Shown here piece by piece: positions 11,673-22,159 of a stretch of 35,672 nucleotides of DNA. The notes below the pieces were generated by a model, which made no database searches, had not been told where the DNA came from, and was given only the letters and a program-made list of their open reading frames with translations. Both the position numbers and the translations under genes were made by a program. This DNA is from Hypanus sabinus (lineage: Eukaryota), in contig NC_082721.1 of the NCBI RefSeq assembly GCF_030144855.1, positions 61,380,001-61,415,672 of the forward strand, given 5' to 3'. Positions within the stretch are counted from its first letter, which is position 1, and each line of letters opens with the position of its first letter.

Positions 11673-12580
11673 ATCAGAATCAGGTTATGATCACTGACAT
11701 TTGTTGTTTTACAGCAGCAATGCAGTGCAGTACATAAAAGTACTATAAATTACAATAAGATATATAAACTCAGTGGCCACTTTATTAGATACAGGAATAA
11801 AATGGCTACTGAGTGTATTTCTTTATGTTCAAGGTCTTTTGCAGCTGTAACCCATCCACCTCAAGGTTCAACAAGTTGTGTATTCAGAGATGCTCTTCTG
11901 CACACTGGTATTATAAGTAGTTATTTGAATTACTGTCACCTTGAACCAGTTCTTCTCTGATCTCTCACATTAACAAGGCATTTTCATCCACAGTACTGCT
12001 TTCACTGGAATTTTTGTTTCTCACACCTTTCTCTGTCAACGTTAGAGACTGTTGTTTGTGAAAATCCCAGAAGATCAGCAGTTTCTGAGTTACTCAAACC
12101 ACCCCATCTGGCACCAACAATCATCCCACAGTTGAAGTCACTTAGATCCTTTTTCTTGCCCATTCTGATGTTTGGTCTGAACAATGTTCGGTCTGAACCT
12201 CTTGACCATGTCTACATACTCTTAGGCATTGAATAGCTGCCAGATGATTGGCTGATTAGATATTTGCATTAATGAGCAGGTGTATCTAATAGAGTGGTCA
12301 CTCAGTGATGTCATGAAATTTGTTGTTTTGTGCCAGTACCATGCAATACATAAAAATATTAAAAAATGAATTAAATAAATATTGCAAAAAAGAGTAATAA
12401 TAGAGGCACTTTAATAGGGGTTCATTGTCCATTCAAAAATCTGATGGTAGAAGATGCTGTTGAGTGTGTGCCTTCAGACTCCTGTACATCTTCCTTGAGG
12501 GTAGCAATGATAAGAGGGCATAATCTGGGTGATGAGTGCCCCGGAAACCACATTTTTGAGACATCGCCTTTTGAAGATTC
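11673..12580 (-). mobile_element. Rex1/Babar-type 3' ends flanking a Tc1-like element
   Basis: atcagaatcaggttatgatcactgacat at 11673; gtcatgaaatttgttg...ccttcagactcctgtacatcttcc from 12308. Confidence 0.72.
11767..12307 (-). mobile_element. Tc1-like non-autonomous transposon (second copy)
   Basis: TIRs actcagtggccactttattag / ctaatagagtggtcactcagtg; ORF 12002-12184 MGKKKDLSDFNCGMIVGARWGGLSNSETADLLGFSQTTVS is a Tc1 paired-like HTH N-terminus. Confidence 0.9.
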
Positions 12581-12794
12581 TGCACACTTAAGAGCAAGGT
12601 AAACTTCTCAAGGTCAGCAGATGCCAATCTGTCAATTTTAGACAGAATGTCACAAATAATAGCTCTGTGTTCCATGATACAATACCTCAATTACCACAAA
12701 GCAAACTCAGGTGCCCAGAGAAACATTATCAAATTCAAGCCACAGAAGATATGAGATAATTCAGGTGATAAATTAAGATCGTAATCTTACAAAC

Positions 12795-12985
12795 AATGGC
12801 ACTTGTAGCGTTTTACAGTACAGCCATCAGGGATTAGTTCCCTTGGCCGTCTGTCTGGACTTTGGACAGGTTTCCTCCCACATTTCGAAGACATATGGGT
12901 TAGTGTTAGCAAGTTGCCCGTTGATGCAAATGACACATTTCACTATGTTTCAATGGACATGTGACAAACAAAGTTAATCTTTTTA
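12795..12985 (+). mobile_element. internally deleted V-SINE
   Basis: atggcacttgtagcgttttacagtac...ggtttcctcccacatttcgaagac...catgtgacaaacaaagttaatcttt. Confidence 0.7.
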
Positions 12986-12999
12986 AATTTTTACATATC

Positions 13000-13265
13000 T
13001 TTTAAAAACCATTTTAATCATCTGTTGTTAGGATGTCTGTGGGCCAATTGGTTAGGGGACCTAATCTATACTTTATTGATAATGGGCTGGAAAAATACAG
13101 TGCCGGTGCTTAAATTAGGTTAACCAAACCAGCCCATTTTAAGCATTGAACAGTGAAGCTTGCTGCGAGGCAGATTGAGGAGACAAGTGGACAATGAACT
13201 ATGTATTGTGTTTATCACACTATTAATGGGTTGGCATGCTTTAATTTAGGAATTAGAGGAATAAG
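13000..13265 (+). repeat. unassigned ~250-bp repeat, copy A
   Basis: Aligns by eye to the reverse complement of 15001-15245; core 13106-13159 vs 15154-15101 is 45/54 identical. Confidence 0.85.
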
Positions 13266-13639
13266 AATGAATTTCCTGGGTCTACAAACTATTTTAGAGT
13301 TGACTTCAATCTTTATTTGTTGAGTTGCTTGACTTGGTTAAAGGAGGTGGGTTGGAAGGCAGGCATTTCCTAGAGGAAAGTAGAGAGGTTTAGTGCAGGA
13401 ATTCCTGTATTTAGGAACGTGGCTAATATACAGTGGCCAAAGATAGAGTTACTAAGTTCTGGAATGAGCAGGAGTTCAAAAATAAATGGGCAAGGATATC
13501 TGGTTGATGGGTGGATGAAAAAAATTGGTTTGCACAGTGAACTGACCCCGGTACAAAGTTAAGTCATGGGGAGAGAGAGACTACACCAGAATCCTGCACC
13601 TTCCCTGTGGCCTAGAGAGCTGGAGTTTCAGTGACATCC

Positions 13640-14535
13640 CTCTATAGTTTCATCCAAAGAGTAAAAAATCCTAACTCTGACATCCCCCATATACACTCCT
13701 CTAATCACCTAAAAATATGCCCTGCTGACCTGGGGGAAAAGGCACTGGCAACCCACTCGACCAATGTCTCTTATCTCATGCACCCCTATCAAGTAAATCT
13801 CTCGTCCTCCTTTACTCCAAACAGAAAAGCCCTAGCTTGCTCAACCTTTCCACACGTTCAACGCTTCCATTGGTCGGGGTGGACCATGGAGATTATGTCC
13901 TAGCTGTTTATGTGATATGTAAGCAAGGGCAGTACGATATGGAGAGCAAGCTGTTACCCATGTAGCAAGCCCCCCCCCCCATACAGCTGATGAATCCAAA
14001 GGAACGGCAAGAGTGATACAGTTTGGCACCAGCATTGAACTTAACGCAAGACTGCCTTAGTGACTCCAGCTTCAGATTCTCCCGCGGGGTTTCCCCTTCC
14101 CCAGGACTGGCTCCAGCAGTGGAGGTTTGAGATCACAGTATTCCTTCTTCCAGATGAGCTGCCAGCCATGGCTGACGAGTCCCATCCACCTGGTTTTAAG
14201 GCGCCAGTAAACCGCCTTTGCCCCTTCTCCTGTCAGTAGAAACGGGTCTGCTGGGCTTAGAAGCTAAGCTGCACGTGGGGGTCAGGAGTTGGAGTTGGTT
14301 GTCAGAGGCTATTTGAGAAACACTGCACTGGGAACATTTAATAGGTAGTGAGAGCTTTTCCCCATTACCTCCCCCAGCCATGACAACCTTAAGGAGCCTG
14401 TCGGCATCTGACATGCGCACTAGTCCAGAGAGCATCCTGAGAAATCTCCCCAAAGTTTCCACATAATGAGGTGACCAGGACTGAACACGGACTCCAAGTG
14501 TAGTCTAACCAGGGTTGTAGAGAGGTGCAACATAA
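13640..14535 (-). mobile_element. CR1 LINE fragment split by an insertion
   Basis: ctctgacatccccc...gccctagcttgctcaacctttc | gacatgcgcactagtccagagagcatcctg...gaccaggactgaacacggactccaagtgtagtctaaccagg (reverse complement of LVRLHLESVFSPGH). Confidence 0.78.
13851..14408 (-). mobile_element. non-coding, structured non-autonomous retroelement (RTE-clade UTR-like)
   Basis: Interrupts the CR1 above; no RT or transposase ORF; shares gctggtgccaaac...tcctttgga...ctccat with 22160-22702; RTE assignment and orientation are from recall. Confidence 0.55.
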
Positions 14536-14639
14536 TGACTAATGCAGGTGAACACTTTATATAGGAGAGTACAGCACAGGAACAGACCCTCCAGCCTGCT
14601 GTGCCGTAGAACCGTGCAGTGCTGCTTGGTGTCTTTTTT

Positions 14640-14885
14640 TTATTTAACTTAGTGATAGAGCACGTGACAGGTCCTTTCGACCCAGTGACTCTCTTCCAAC
14701 CATTTGTGCCATATGACCAATTAACCTGCTGACCTGTAATCCTTTGAAATGTGGGAAGAAACTGGAATACCTGGAGGAATCTCACATACTCACGGGGGAA
14801 TGTAAAAAGAGACAGCGATGGGAATTAAACCCGTGTTGCTGGTGCTGTAATAGCATTATGCTAACCTCTACACTACTGTGTCAGC
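14640..14885 (-). mobile_element. V-SINE
   Basis: atgtgggaagaaactggaatacctggaggaatctcaca is the reverse complement of the V-domain; head end gctaacctctacactactgtg. Confidence 0.75.
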
Positions 14886-15000
14886 CTAATTTACAAGCTC
14901 CAAGCTGTGACCATTTGTCCTCCGTGAACTTGTTTGCACTGTTGATAATTTATCACCACGTCTGTTGGAGGAAGTTGGCGGACTGGCGCTGAGAAGCAGG

Positions 15001-15245
15001 CTTATTCTTTTGACCCTTAAATCAAAACCTGACAACCATTAATGGTGACGGAGCAAATAGCACATTGTCTTCGTGTCACCTGCATCCGTCACACAGCAAG
15101 GCTTCAGCGCTCAATGCTTAAAATGAGCAGGTTAGATCAACCTGATTTAAGCACTGCACTTATCAATAAAGCACAGAAGTCCCCTTAACCAACCTGCTCT
15201 CAGAATAATTTACACAGCAGAGATTAAAATAAATCGTTGTTAAAA
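15001..15245 (-). repeat. unassigned ~250-bp repeat, copy B (inverted relative to copy A)
   Basis: Reverse complement aligns to 13000-13265 from attttaatc...ctg through ttggtta.gggg, ctttattgata, gtgcttaaat, gacaatg, attaatgg to gaataag. Confidence 0.85.
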
Positions 15246-15749
15246 ACAGTCTATTCAGGGAAAGAATCTCAGACAATCACGCCTCCCTTCCCCCACGCTT
15301 AAACCGATGATTGAGCCACGGAAAGGAAAGTTGATTCATTTTATTGGCAAACCTCCTGTGACGTTGGTCAGGAAGGACAATTGACGTCTGATGTTGGGAA
15401 TGTTGCTGGGCAATGGGGTGGATCCCAGATGCCGTCGTTGCATTCCAAGCCCCGGGAGCTTTCCTGTAATGGCTGAACCTCGCATTTCCTGATTACAAAA
15501 TATTTTTTCCATCCTTATACAGACTCAAAGCACACACTGTGCCTTTCAGAATGAAGTTCAAATTACTTCCATTTATAGCAGTGGTAATGGAAAAGCTTAC
15601 AGAACTGAACTCAGACAGTTGCGTTTATAATACCACATCCTTGGATCATTCAGTTAATGGCTCACGCATCAAAAATCCACCTAGAGACTGTGTTTTGCCC
15701 TGTACCTGAAAAATGCAGCTCTCTGACCCAGAGTGCCCTCACAATCCTA

Positions 15750-16025
15750 ACCCTTCAACCATGAGACTCCTCGGCCAGCGCGGTTAAATGCTGTCATCTT
15801 AACCCTGAACTAATTCCACAGCTTACTTTCAAAGATTCTACAACTCTATTATTTATTTAATTATTGTTACCTTTATTTACACAGATTGTCCTATTTTTGC
15901 ATTTTGTTTTTTGTCATTCTTTGTGGAGTTTTTCATGGATTCTGTTGCCTTTCTTAGATCTACTGTGAATGCCTGCAAGAAACTAGTGACATATACTTAC
16001 CTATGTAATACATTTAGTTTGACCT
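15750..16025 (+). mobile_element. Rex1-type LINE 3' UTR
   Basis: cttcaaccatgagactcc...actttcaaagattctacaactc...ctactgtgaatgcctgcaagaa, same family as 19040-19352 and 29680-29960. Confidence 0.65.
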
Positions 16026-16283
16026 TAGTAGGGGTTTAGTCTGTTTGGTGAGAACTGTGCTCTGACATTGGTAATGAAGGATTTGCTTCTGAAGGGAATA
16101 TCATTGATTGAAGTCTCTCAGTCAGGGGCCTGAGCACGTAACCTCTAGACTGGCGCTGCAGTGCAGTGGTGAGGGAGTGCCACAGTCTGTACTTTACACA
16201 AGGCCTTATCCAGCCATTCCAACTTTGACCGGAGCCGAGCCCAGACTGAGCCTGTGCGTGGTCATCCACTGGGACATTGTTGT

Positions 16284-16370
16284 GGCAACAAGCAAGAAGC
16301 TGGGGGAACTCAGTGGGTCAGGCAGCATCTGTGAAAGGAAATGCACCATGAAGACCCTTCATCTGGACTT
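16284..16370 (-). mobile_element. Penelope-like terminal repeat
   Basis: gctgggggaactcagtgggtcaggcagcatctgtg...gacccttcatctggact. Confidence 0.6.
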
Positions 16371-16454
16371 GCACCTTTATAAATTAGTGCATCCTGAGCT
16401 AAAATGGGAGTTGCAGACACGTCACTGAAACTAGTCTCCCCTCCATGGACTGCA

Positions 16455-16808
16455 TGTACACTTCTAAGCAGCCTGTACAACCAAAGACTTCACCCACCCT
16501 TGTCATTATCTCTTCCCCCTCCCCCCACCATAGGGCAGAAGATACAAAAGTCTGAAAACACACTAACATCAGACTCAAGCACAGCTTATATCCCACCTGT
16601 TATAAGACTATTTTATGGTCCTGTTGTGATGGACTCTTGACCTCACAACCTATCTCATTAGCTGCACTTTCTCCGTAACTGTAACACTTAATTTGCCAGT
16701 GTTATTGCTGTATGTTGTACTACTTCACTGCACTGTTGTATGAACAGAATGCAAGATAAGATTTTCTCTGTACCTTGCTACATGTGGCAATAATAAACTA
16801 ATTCCAAT
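16455..16808 (+). mobile_element. Rex1-type LINE 3' end
   Basis: gggcagaagatacaaaagtctgaaaacac...cagactcaagcacagc...tail gcaataataaactaattcc; an antisense copy of this tail lies at about 7525-7690. Confidence 0.7.
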
Positions 16809-17144
16809 TGGGCGGTTACTACTACTGTCCAGAGAATAGTGCAGAGCAGACATTAACGAACAGCGATGAGGGACTGACCAAGTTCACCTGCTCTGGCAAT
16901 GCCAGCCGGGGATTCAATGTTGGCAGAGATTCCCGAGCAACTATTTCTACTCGCAGTCCACAGACTTAGAAGCAGTTTCTTTGCAAGTACACATCGAATT
17001 CTTTTCCAAATGTTATTGTACCATTGAATGTTGTTTGTGCCAGTCTGGTGGGAGGGTCACAGTCACACACCATTGAATCTGGCGATACTATCCAACACAG
17101 TACACACCAGCCATAACTCACACTGTAAAATCACTTCAAAAGGT

Positions 17145-17605
17145 GGTGCCTCAGGAGGGGCCCTGACATTAAACATGACATACCCCCTTCTAATTTCTAC
17201 CATCTGAGAGGATGTACTGGAGCCTGAAGACATACACTCAACATTAAGGAGTATTAACAGCATCTTCTCTTCTGCCACCAGATTTCTGAACCGTGCATGG
17301 ACGTTCCCACACTAATTTTTGCACTACTTATTTACATATACTATAAAATATAATAAAACATATATATGTAAGGCCTCCATAAAACAACAAATATCACAAT
17401 GTGTGAGTGATAATAAACCTGATTCTGATGACTTGATATGTATGAACAGTATGCAAGGTAGGTTTTTCATTCTACACGACCTCAAAATTTTTGCACTTTA
17501 AAAAAATCTAATCCTTATTGTAATTTATTGTGTGTTGCACTATACTGCAGTTGCAAATCAAATTTCACAACGTACCGTATGCCAGTGATAATAAACCTGA
17601 TTCTG
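17145..17605 (+). mobile_element. Rex1-type LINE 3' end with repeated tails
   Basis: ggagcctgaagacatacactcaac...gatttctgaa; gtgataataaacctgattctga occurs twice (about 17407 and 17585). Confidence 0.72.
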
Positions 17606-17854
17606 AAAATTTGAAAACCAAATCATGTGAGCTCTAAAAATTTGTCCCTTGTATCTGGATGGGCAAGTTATGTTAGAGTTTAGAATGGCTTGACGGCCAG
17701 ACTGGATGGATCCATCAGAAGGAACATTGGTAAAGGACCCATTTGTATGTCAATGGACAGAGGATAGAAGTAGCTGCTCTGGTGCATCTATCAACATGTA
17801 TTCCTCAACTAAAGCTGCTATAATTCAATTTCTCAATGCCAAGGTCATGGGTGG

Positions 17855-18085
17855 GTGGCAGGGTGGTGTAAAAGTTAGCATAATGCTTTATAGTACCAGC
17901 AATCAGAGTTTGATTCCTGCTACTGTCGTAAGGAGTTTATATGTTCTCCCTGTGAATCCATGGATTTCCTCCAGGTGCTCCAGTTTCCTTCCACATTCCA
18001 AAGACGTATGGGTAGTAGGTTAATTGGTCACGTGCATAACTTGCCTGGAAAATCCTGTTACTGTGCTGTATCTCTGAATGAATAA
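17855..18085 (+). mobile_element. V-SINE
   Basis: gttagcataatgctttatagtaccagc...gtaaggagtttatatgttctccctgtga...ggatttcctccaggtgctccagtttccttccacattccaaagacgta. Confidence 0.8.
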
Positions 18086-18094
18086 ACTTATTTG

Positions 18095-18800
18095 GAGTGA
18101 GCCTGGAATCACAGGGGCATCAAATCAGGCAGGTTTCCCTCACTGGAACTTATTGACAGCAGCACAGAAAGAGTAGAAAGCTGCCATCTTTCTCCCAAGG
18201 TCAAAATATCAAATACTAAAGAACACGGGTTTAAAGCGTGCTCCAGGTTCTCCTGTTTCTCTCCACAATCCAAAGACATACAGGTTAGTAAGCTTTGGTC
18301 ATGCCATGTTAGCGCTGAAAGCGTGACAACTCTTGTGGGTTGTCCCCAGAACAAACTTGGACTGTTAAGCAAATGATGCATTTCACTCCGTTTCGATGCA
18401 CATGTGACAATGCTAATCTCTTTGAAAAAACTATGTGGTTCACTGGCCTTCATTAGTCAGGGGATTGAAGGCGTGGGCAGCATGGTTATGTTCCAGTTTT
18501 ATAAAACATCGGTCAGACCTCAGCTGGAGTGCTGCACAGTCTGGTCATCCTAGGCAGGATGGGATAATGCCGGAGCAAGTGCAGAGGAGATTCTCCTGTA
18601 TATTGACTGGGATTATGAGGAGAAACTGAAGGAGGTGGTTTTGTACTGGGCAGCCCGAAGGTGTGGCCACACTTCTGACACCAACATAACATGCCTACAA
18701 CTCATTATCCCTAACCGTATGAAACCAGCACGCCCGGAGGAAACCCACATGGTCACGGGAGAGCGGACAAACTCATTGCAGGCAGCAGCTGGAACTGAAC
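18095..18800. mobile_element. mosaic of CR1 and V-SINE fragments
   Basis: CR1 pieces (ggccttcattagtcaggggattga; cggtcagacctcagctggagtgctg) interleaved with V-domain pieces on + (18240-18425) and - (18650-18800). Confidence 0.62.
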
Positions 18801-18864
18801 CATGATGCCACCCCCTAAGGGCTAAGGGGCAAGAGATTGAATGGGAATATGAAGGAATGCACGT

Positions 18865-19352
18865 GAATGGAAAACAGTGGGTACAGCCCAATCCATCACA
18901 GGAAAACCCTCCCCAGCATCTACAAAGAGTGCTATCATAAGACAACCCCCACCTTCCAGGCCAAGCTCTCTTCTCATTTCTGCCATCAAGGAGGTGGTAC
19001 AGGAATTACCACACCACCAAGTTCAGGAACAGTTATTATCCTACAACCATTAGGCTACTGAACCAGCGAGGATAACGCCACTCACATTTGCACCAAATCC
19101 ATTCCATAACCTGTGAGTCACTTTCAAGGACTCTGCAACTCATGTTTTCAATTTTATCTATTTACTTTTGTACTTGCACCGTTTGTCTTCTTTTGTATTT
19201 GGGCTGTTCGGCTATCTTTGTTTGTGTGTAGGTTTCTCAACGATTTCATTGCATTTCTTTGTATCTACTGTGAATTCCTGTAAGAGAATGAATCTCAGAG
19301 TGGTATATGGTGACATGTATTCATACTTTGATAATAAATTTACTTAGAACTT
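18865..19352 (+). mobile_element. Rex1-type LINE 3' end
   Basis: cagcccaatccatcacaggaaaaccctcccc...ccaagttcaggaacagttattatcc (TKFRNSYYP-like), tail tttgataataaatttacttagaac. Confidence 0.78.
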
Positions 19353-19859
19353 TTCAATACTCTAACCAGACAATAACAACCTACAAACAGACTTCTTGCA
19401 TGTATCATGTTTTACACTAATATTTAATTCTCCTTTCTGCTCTGTAGTCATTTTAATACAATCACTCAATATTATCTAGGTCATGTTACCCACTTTAAGT
19501 GTTCCTTGTAGGAGAGCCAGTCTAATTACAGGTTAATACAATAATCTTTGGTCAGATTTCTATTACATATTAACATCAGATTAAAAGGGATAATTATACA
19601 TTTATGGACAATTTAGAGGAACTTGTTTCACTATAAGATTCATGCTAATCCTTGGTTCACCATATGGCATTCTGAAAACCATATTTAGATTTCAAACTAA
19701 TGCATTAAGAAGTATTATTAACTGACTGCATCGGAGGAATCCTGCAACCCACATTAATTTTGATTTTTTGTTGGGATGTGGGTGTCACACCAAGACCGCA
19801 TAGCTGTCCACCTCTAACTGATGGTGGTGTTGAGTGGTTATCAAGGTCAAACCAGCTAA

Positions 19860-20008
19860 AGATCATAAGATATAGGAGCAGAATTAGGCCAACTGGCCCA
19901 TCAAGTCTGCTCTGCTATTTCATCACTGTTGATTTATTACCCCTGTCAACCCTACTCTCCTGCCTTTTCCCCATAACCTTTGTCACTTTTACTAATTGAG
20001 AACCTATT
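19860..20008 (-). mobile_element. CR1 LINE 3' tail
   Basis: cataagatataggagcagaattaggcc...gccttttccccataaccttt. Confidence 0.8.
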
Positions 20009-20420
20009 TATTATCAAAGTACACATACGTCAGGTATGCTACCTTGAGGTTCATTTTCTTGCAGGTATTTACAATAAAATAAATATTTATGAAAACTATA
20101 CATAAACAAAGACAGGCAAATAACCCACGTGCAAAAGTAAATTAATAAATAATACTGAGAACATGAGTTACAGAGTCCGTGAAAGTGGGTCCATAGATTG
20201 TGGAATCAGAGTTGAGATTATTGAAGTTGGCCACGGCAGTTCAGGAGCCTGATGGTTGTAGAGTAATAACTGTTCCTGAACCCGGTGGTGTGGGATCCAA
20301 GGCTCCTCTACCTCCTGCCAGTTGGTAGCAGCGAGAAAAGAGCATAGCCTGGATTGTGGAGGTCCTCGATGGATGCTGCTTACTTGTGTCTGTGCTCCTT
20401 GTAAATGTGCCTGTGATGGA
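20008..20420 (-). mobile_element. Rex1-type LINE 3' end
   Basis: gttcaggagcctgatggttgtagagtaataactgttcctgaacc...aggctcctctacctcctgcc. Confidence 0.72.
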
Positions 20421-21119
20421 CTAGGCATATTACAATACAAAAGAAAATTCTAATTACTTCATGCTTTTCCTTGTTCTTCATGTGATTGTTATTTTCAGCT
20501 CACTGACTGAAAAAAAAACCAATGTGAAAATGACAAATAGTGCAGATTAATATAAATAAATAATTCTGAGCGCATGAGTTGTAAAGCCTTTGTAAGACAG
20601 TCTGTACATTGTGGGATCAGTTCAAAGTGAAATTATCCACAACGGTTCAGCGAGCATTAAATAAAGAATTCAAAACATGGAGCAGCAGGATTCTGGGAGG
20701 CCTACCAGAAATGTCAGGTGGAGCTTGTACTGTTATGGATATTCACTGTGCAGGGCCTGGGGAGGCGGGGGGGGGGGGCTTTCTGCCCAGCTCAGCTTTC
20801 TAACACAGCAGCTGACTCTTCCACAGTTCAAAAAGATTTGTTTATGATTAAGTTAAACAGCCAACCAGTATTCTTTGCTCAGCCTCTTGTCGTAAACAAG
20901 AGAATAATAGGGTCCTTGTTGGTCCATTATTTAATCAAGGGAATACACTTCAGCTTAATCAAACAATGCATTCACCTGGTCTGACTAATATAATAGAACT
21001 GAAAAAGATCAGATGCATGTGAAGTCACCAAGCAGCAAAAAAAACCCAGTATAAATGTTAGACAGAAGTCTATTTTTTTTTAAAGGAATGGTCAAGGAAA
21101 GACAAGAAGAATGACAGAA

Positions 21120-21835
21120 AGACAAGAGTGTCTAGAATCCATTTCCCTGCCTTCAGTTTCTGTGATGGATGATTCATTCATCTGCAACCAGTAGGCATGT
21201 CTTTTTAGCTTATAGAAATTGAACCAATGTTTTAGAAATCCTTTGCGCTTTAGAAATCTTTTATAAGATAGAAATCCTCTGTAAGGTTTAAATGTGTTTT
21301 TAAAGTTTTATCTAAATTTAAGTATGTACCACTGAAAGTAAATTAACCTTGTTTAAACTACTTTGTTAGTTGGGAATAGCTCCCCCTTTGGATCGAGGGG
21401 GGACCACTGCTCAAATAGTGGGTATTGGCAGCTAAACTTGCCATGGAGGATAAGCAGGGAAGTGATCTAGGCTTTGAAGAGTAGGTAGCTACAGTATAAC
21501 CTCCCTTTAGTGAGGGTACCTTTAGCTATCTATATCAGATAAGGGTTATGATCTTTGTTTGAATCTAGACCTTTGTGGACAATATCACAGTATGGTGCAG
21601 GGACCCGTTGCATGGAACCCACAATATTTTTCGCTGCTGATCTAAACTACCTGTGATTGGAGAGGCGACATTGTTGGAACTGCATCTAATTTCATTTGAA
21701 TGAAGCAAATTGTTCTCCCTGAAATTGATTATATACAAGTCAACGGATGAAATTGGAGATGTGCATCTGCACAAAACAGGTATAATCACATTAGTTGATT
21801 GTCATGCCTCAGTATTATGCAGAGTACTTTAAGTA
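21120..21835 (+). mobile_element. highly decayed L1-clade LINE (ORF1 end, spacer, ORF2 APE endonuclease remnant)
   Basis: Ordered frameshifted motifs: HFPA, VAT..RVP, ISDKG, DLCGQ, NPQYFSLL, VIG/GD, IDYIQV, GIITLVDCHASVLC (compare GVAIL, KRVPF, SDxxGR, DPxFF, IGGDFN, RIDY, ISDHAPV). Confidence 0.55.
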
Positions 21836-22159
21836 CTTTGGTGTTATACGCAGAGGAACAGACATTGGGTGGGAGAACTGATCCCAAGGACAAAGTCATG
21901 ACAGCTTTTGCATTCTTATTTACATTCTTGGGTAAAAGATCTTCTGGGTAACAATAAGGGCATCATGTAGCACAGTGAAACAGAGGAACCTTGAGTGAGC
22001 TAGGGCTTTTCCCAGAGCAAGTGAGGAGGAGGTGGCTTGAAAGAGGCATAGAGAGGACCAACGCACACACATGCTGGAGGTCAGACAAAGGATTCAAAGT
22101 ATGTTTATTATCAAAGTATGGATGCATGTATGGTGTCAAAATGGTTGTGATGCATCTAG

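Larger units (their letters stand above)
12700..13500 (-). mobile_element. old L2-type LINE 3' region, interrupted between about 12775 and 13328
   Basis: agccacagaagatatgagataattcaggtgat and cttggttaaaggaggtgggtt...gtagagaggtttagtgcaggaattcc read as consecutive parts of a recalled shark L2 consensus. Confidence 0.5.

Noticed and set aside
13985-14010. CTGATGA as a hammerhead core
   Set aside because: No GAAA at the right spacing and no closing stems
21482-21532. miRNA-like hairpin taggtagcta...tagctatcta with miR-196-like and miR-144-like starts
   Set aside because: Similarity to those conserved miRNAs ends after 7-9 nt, the stem has a large internal loop, and the segment reads as L1 endonuclease remnant
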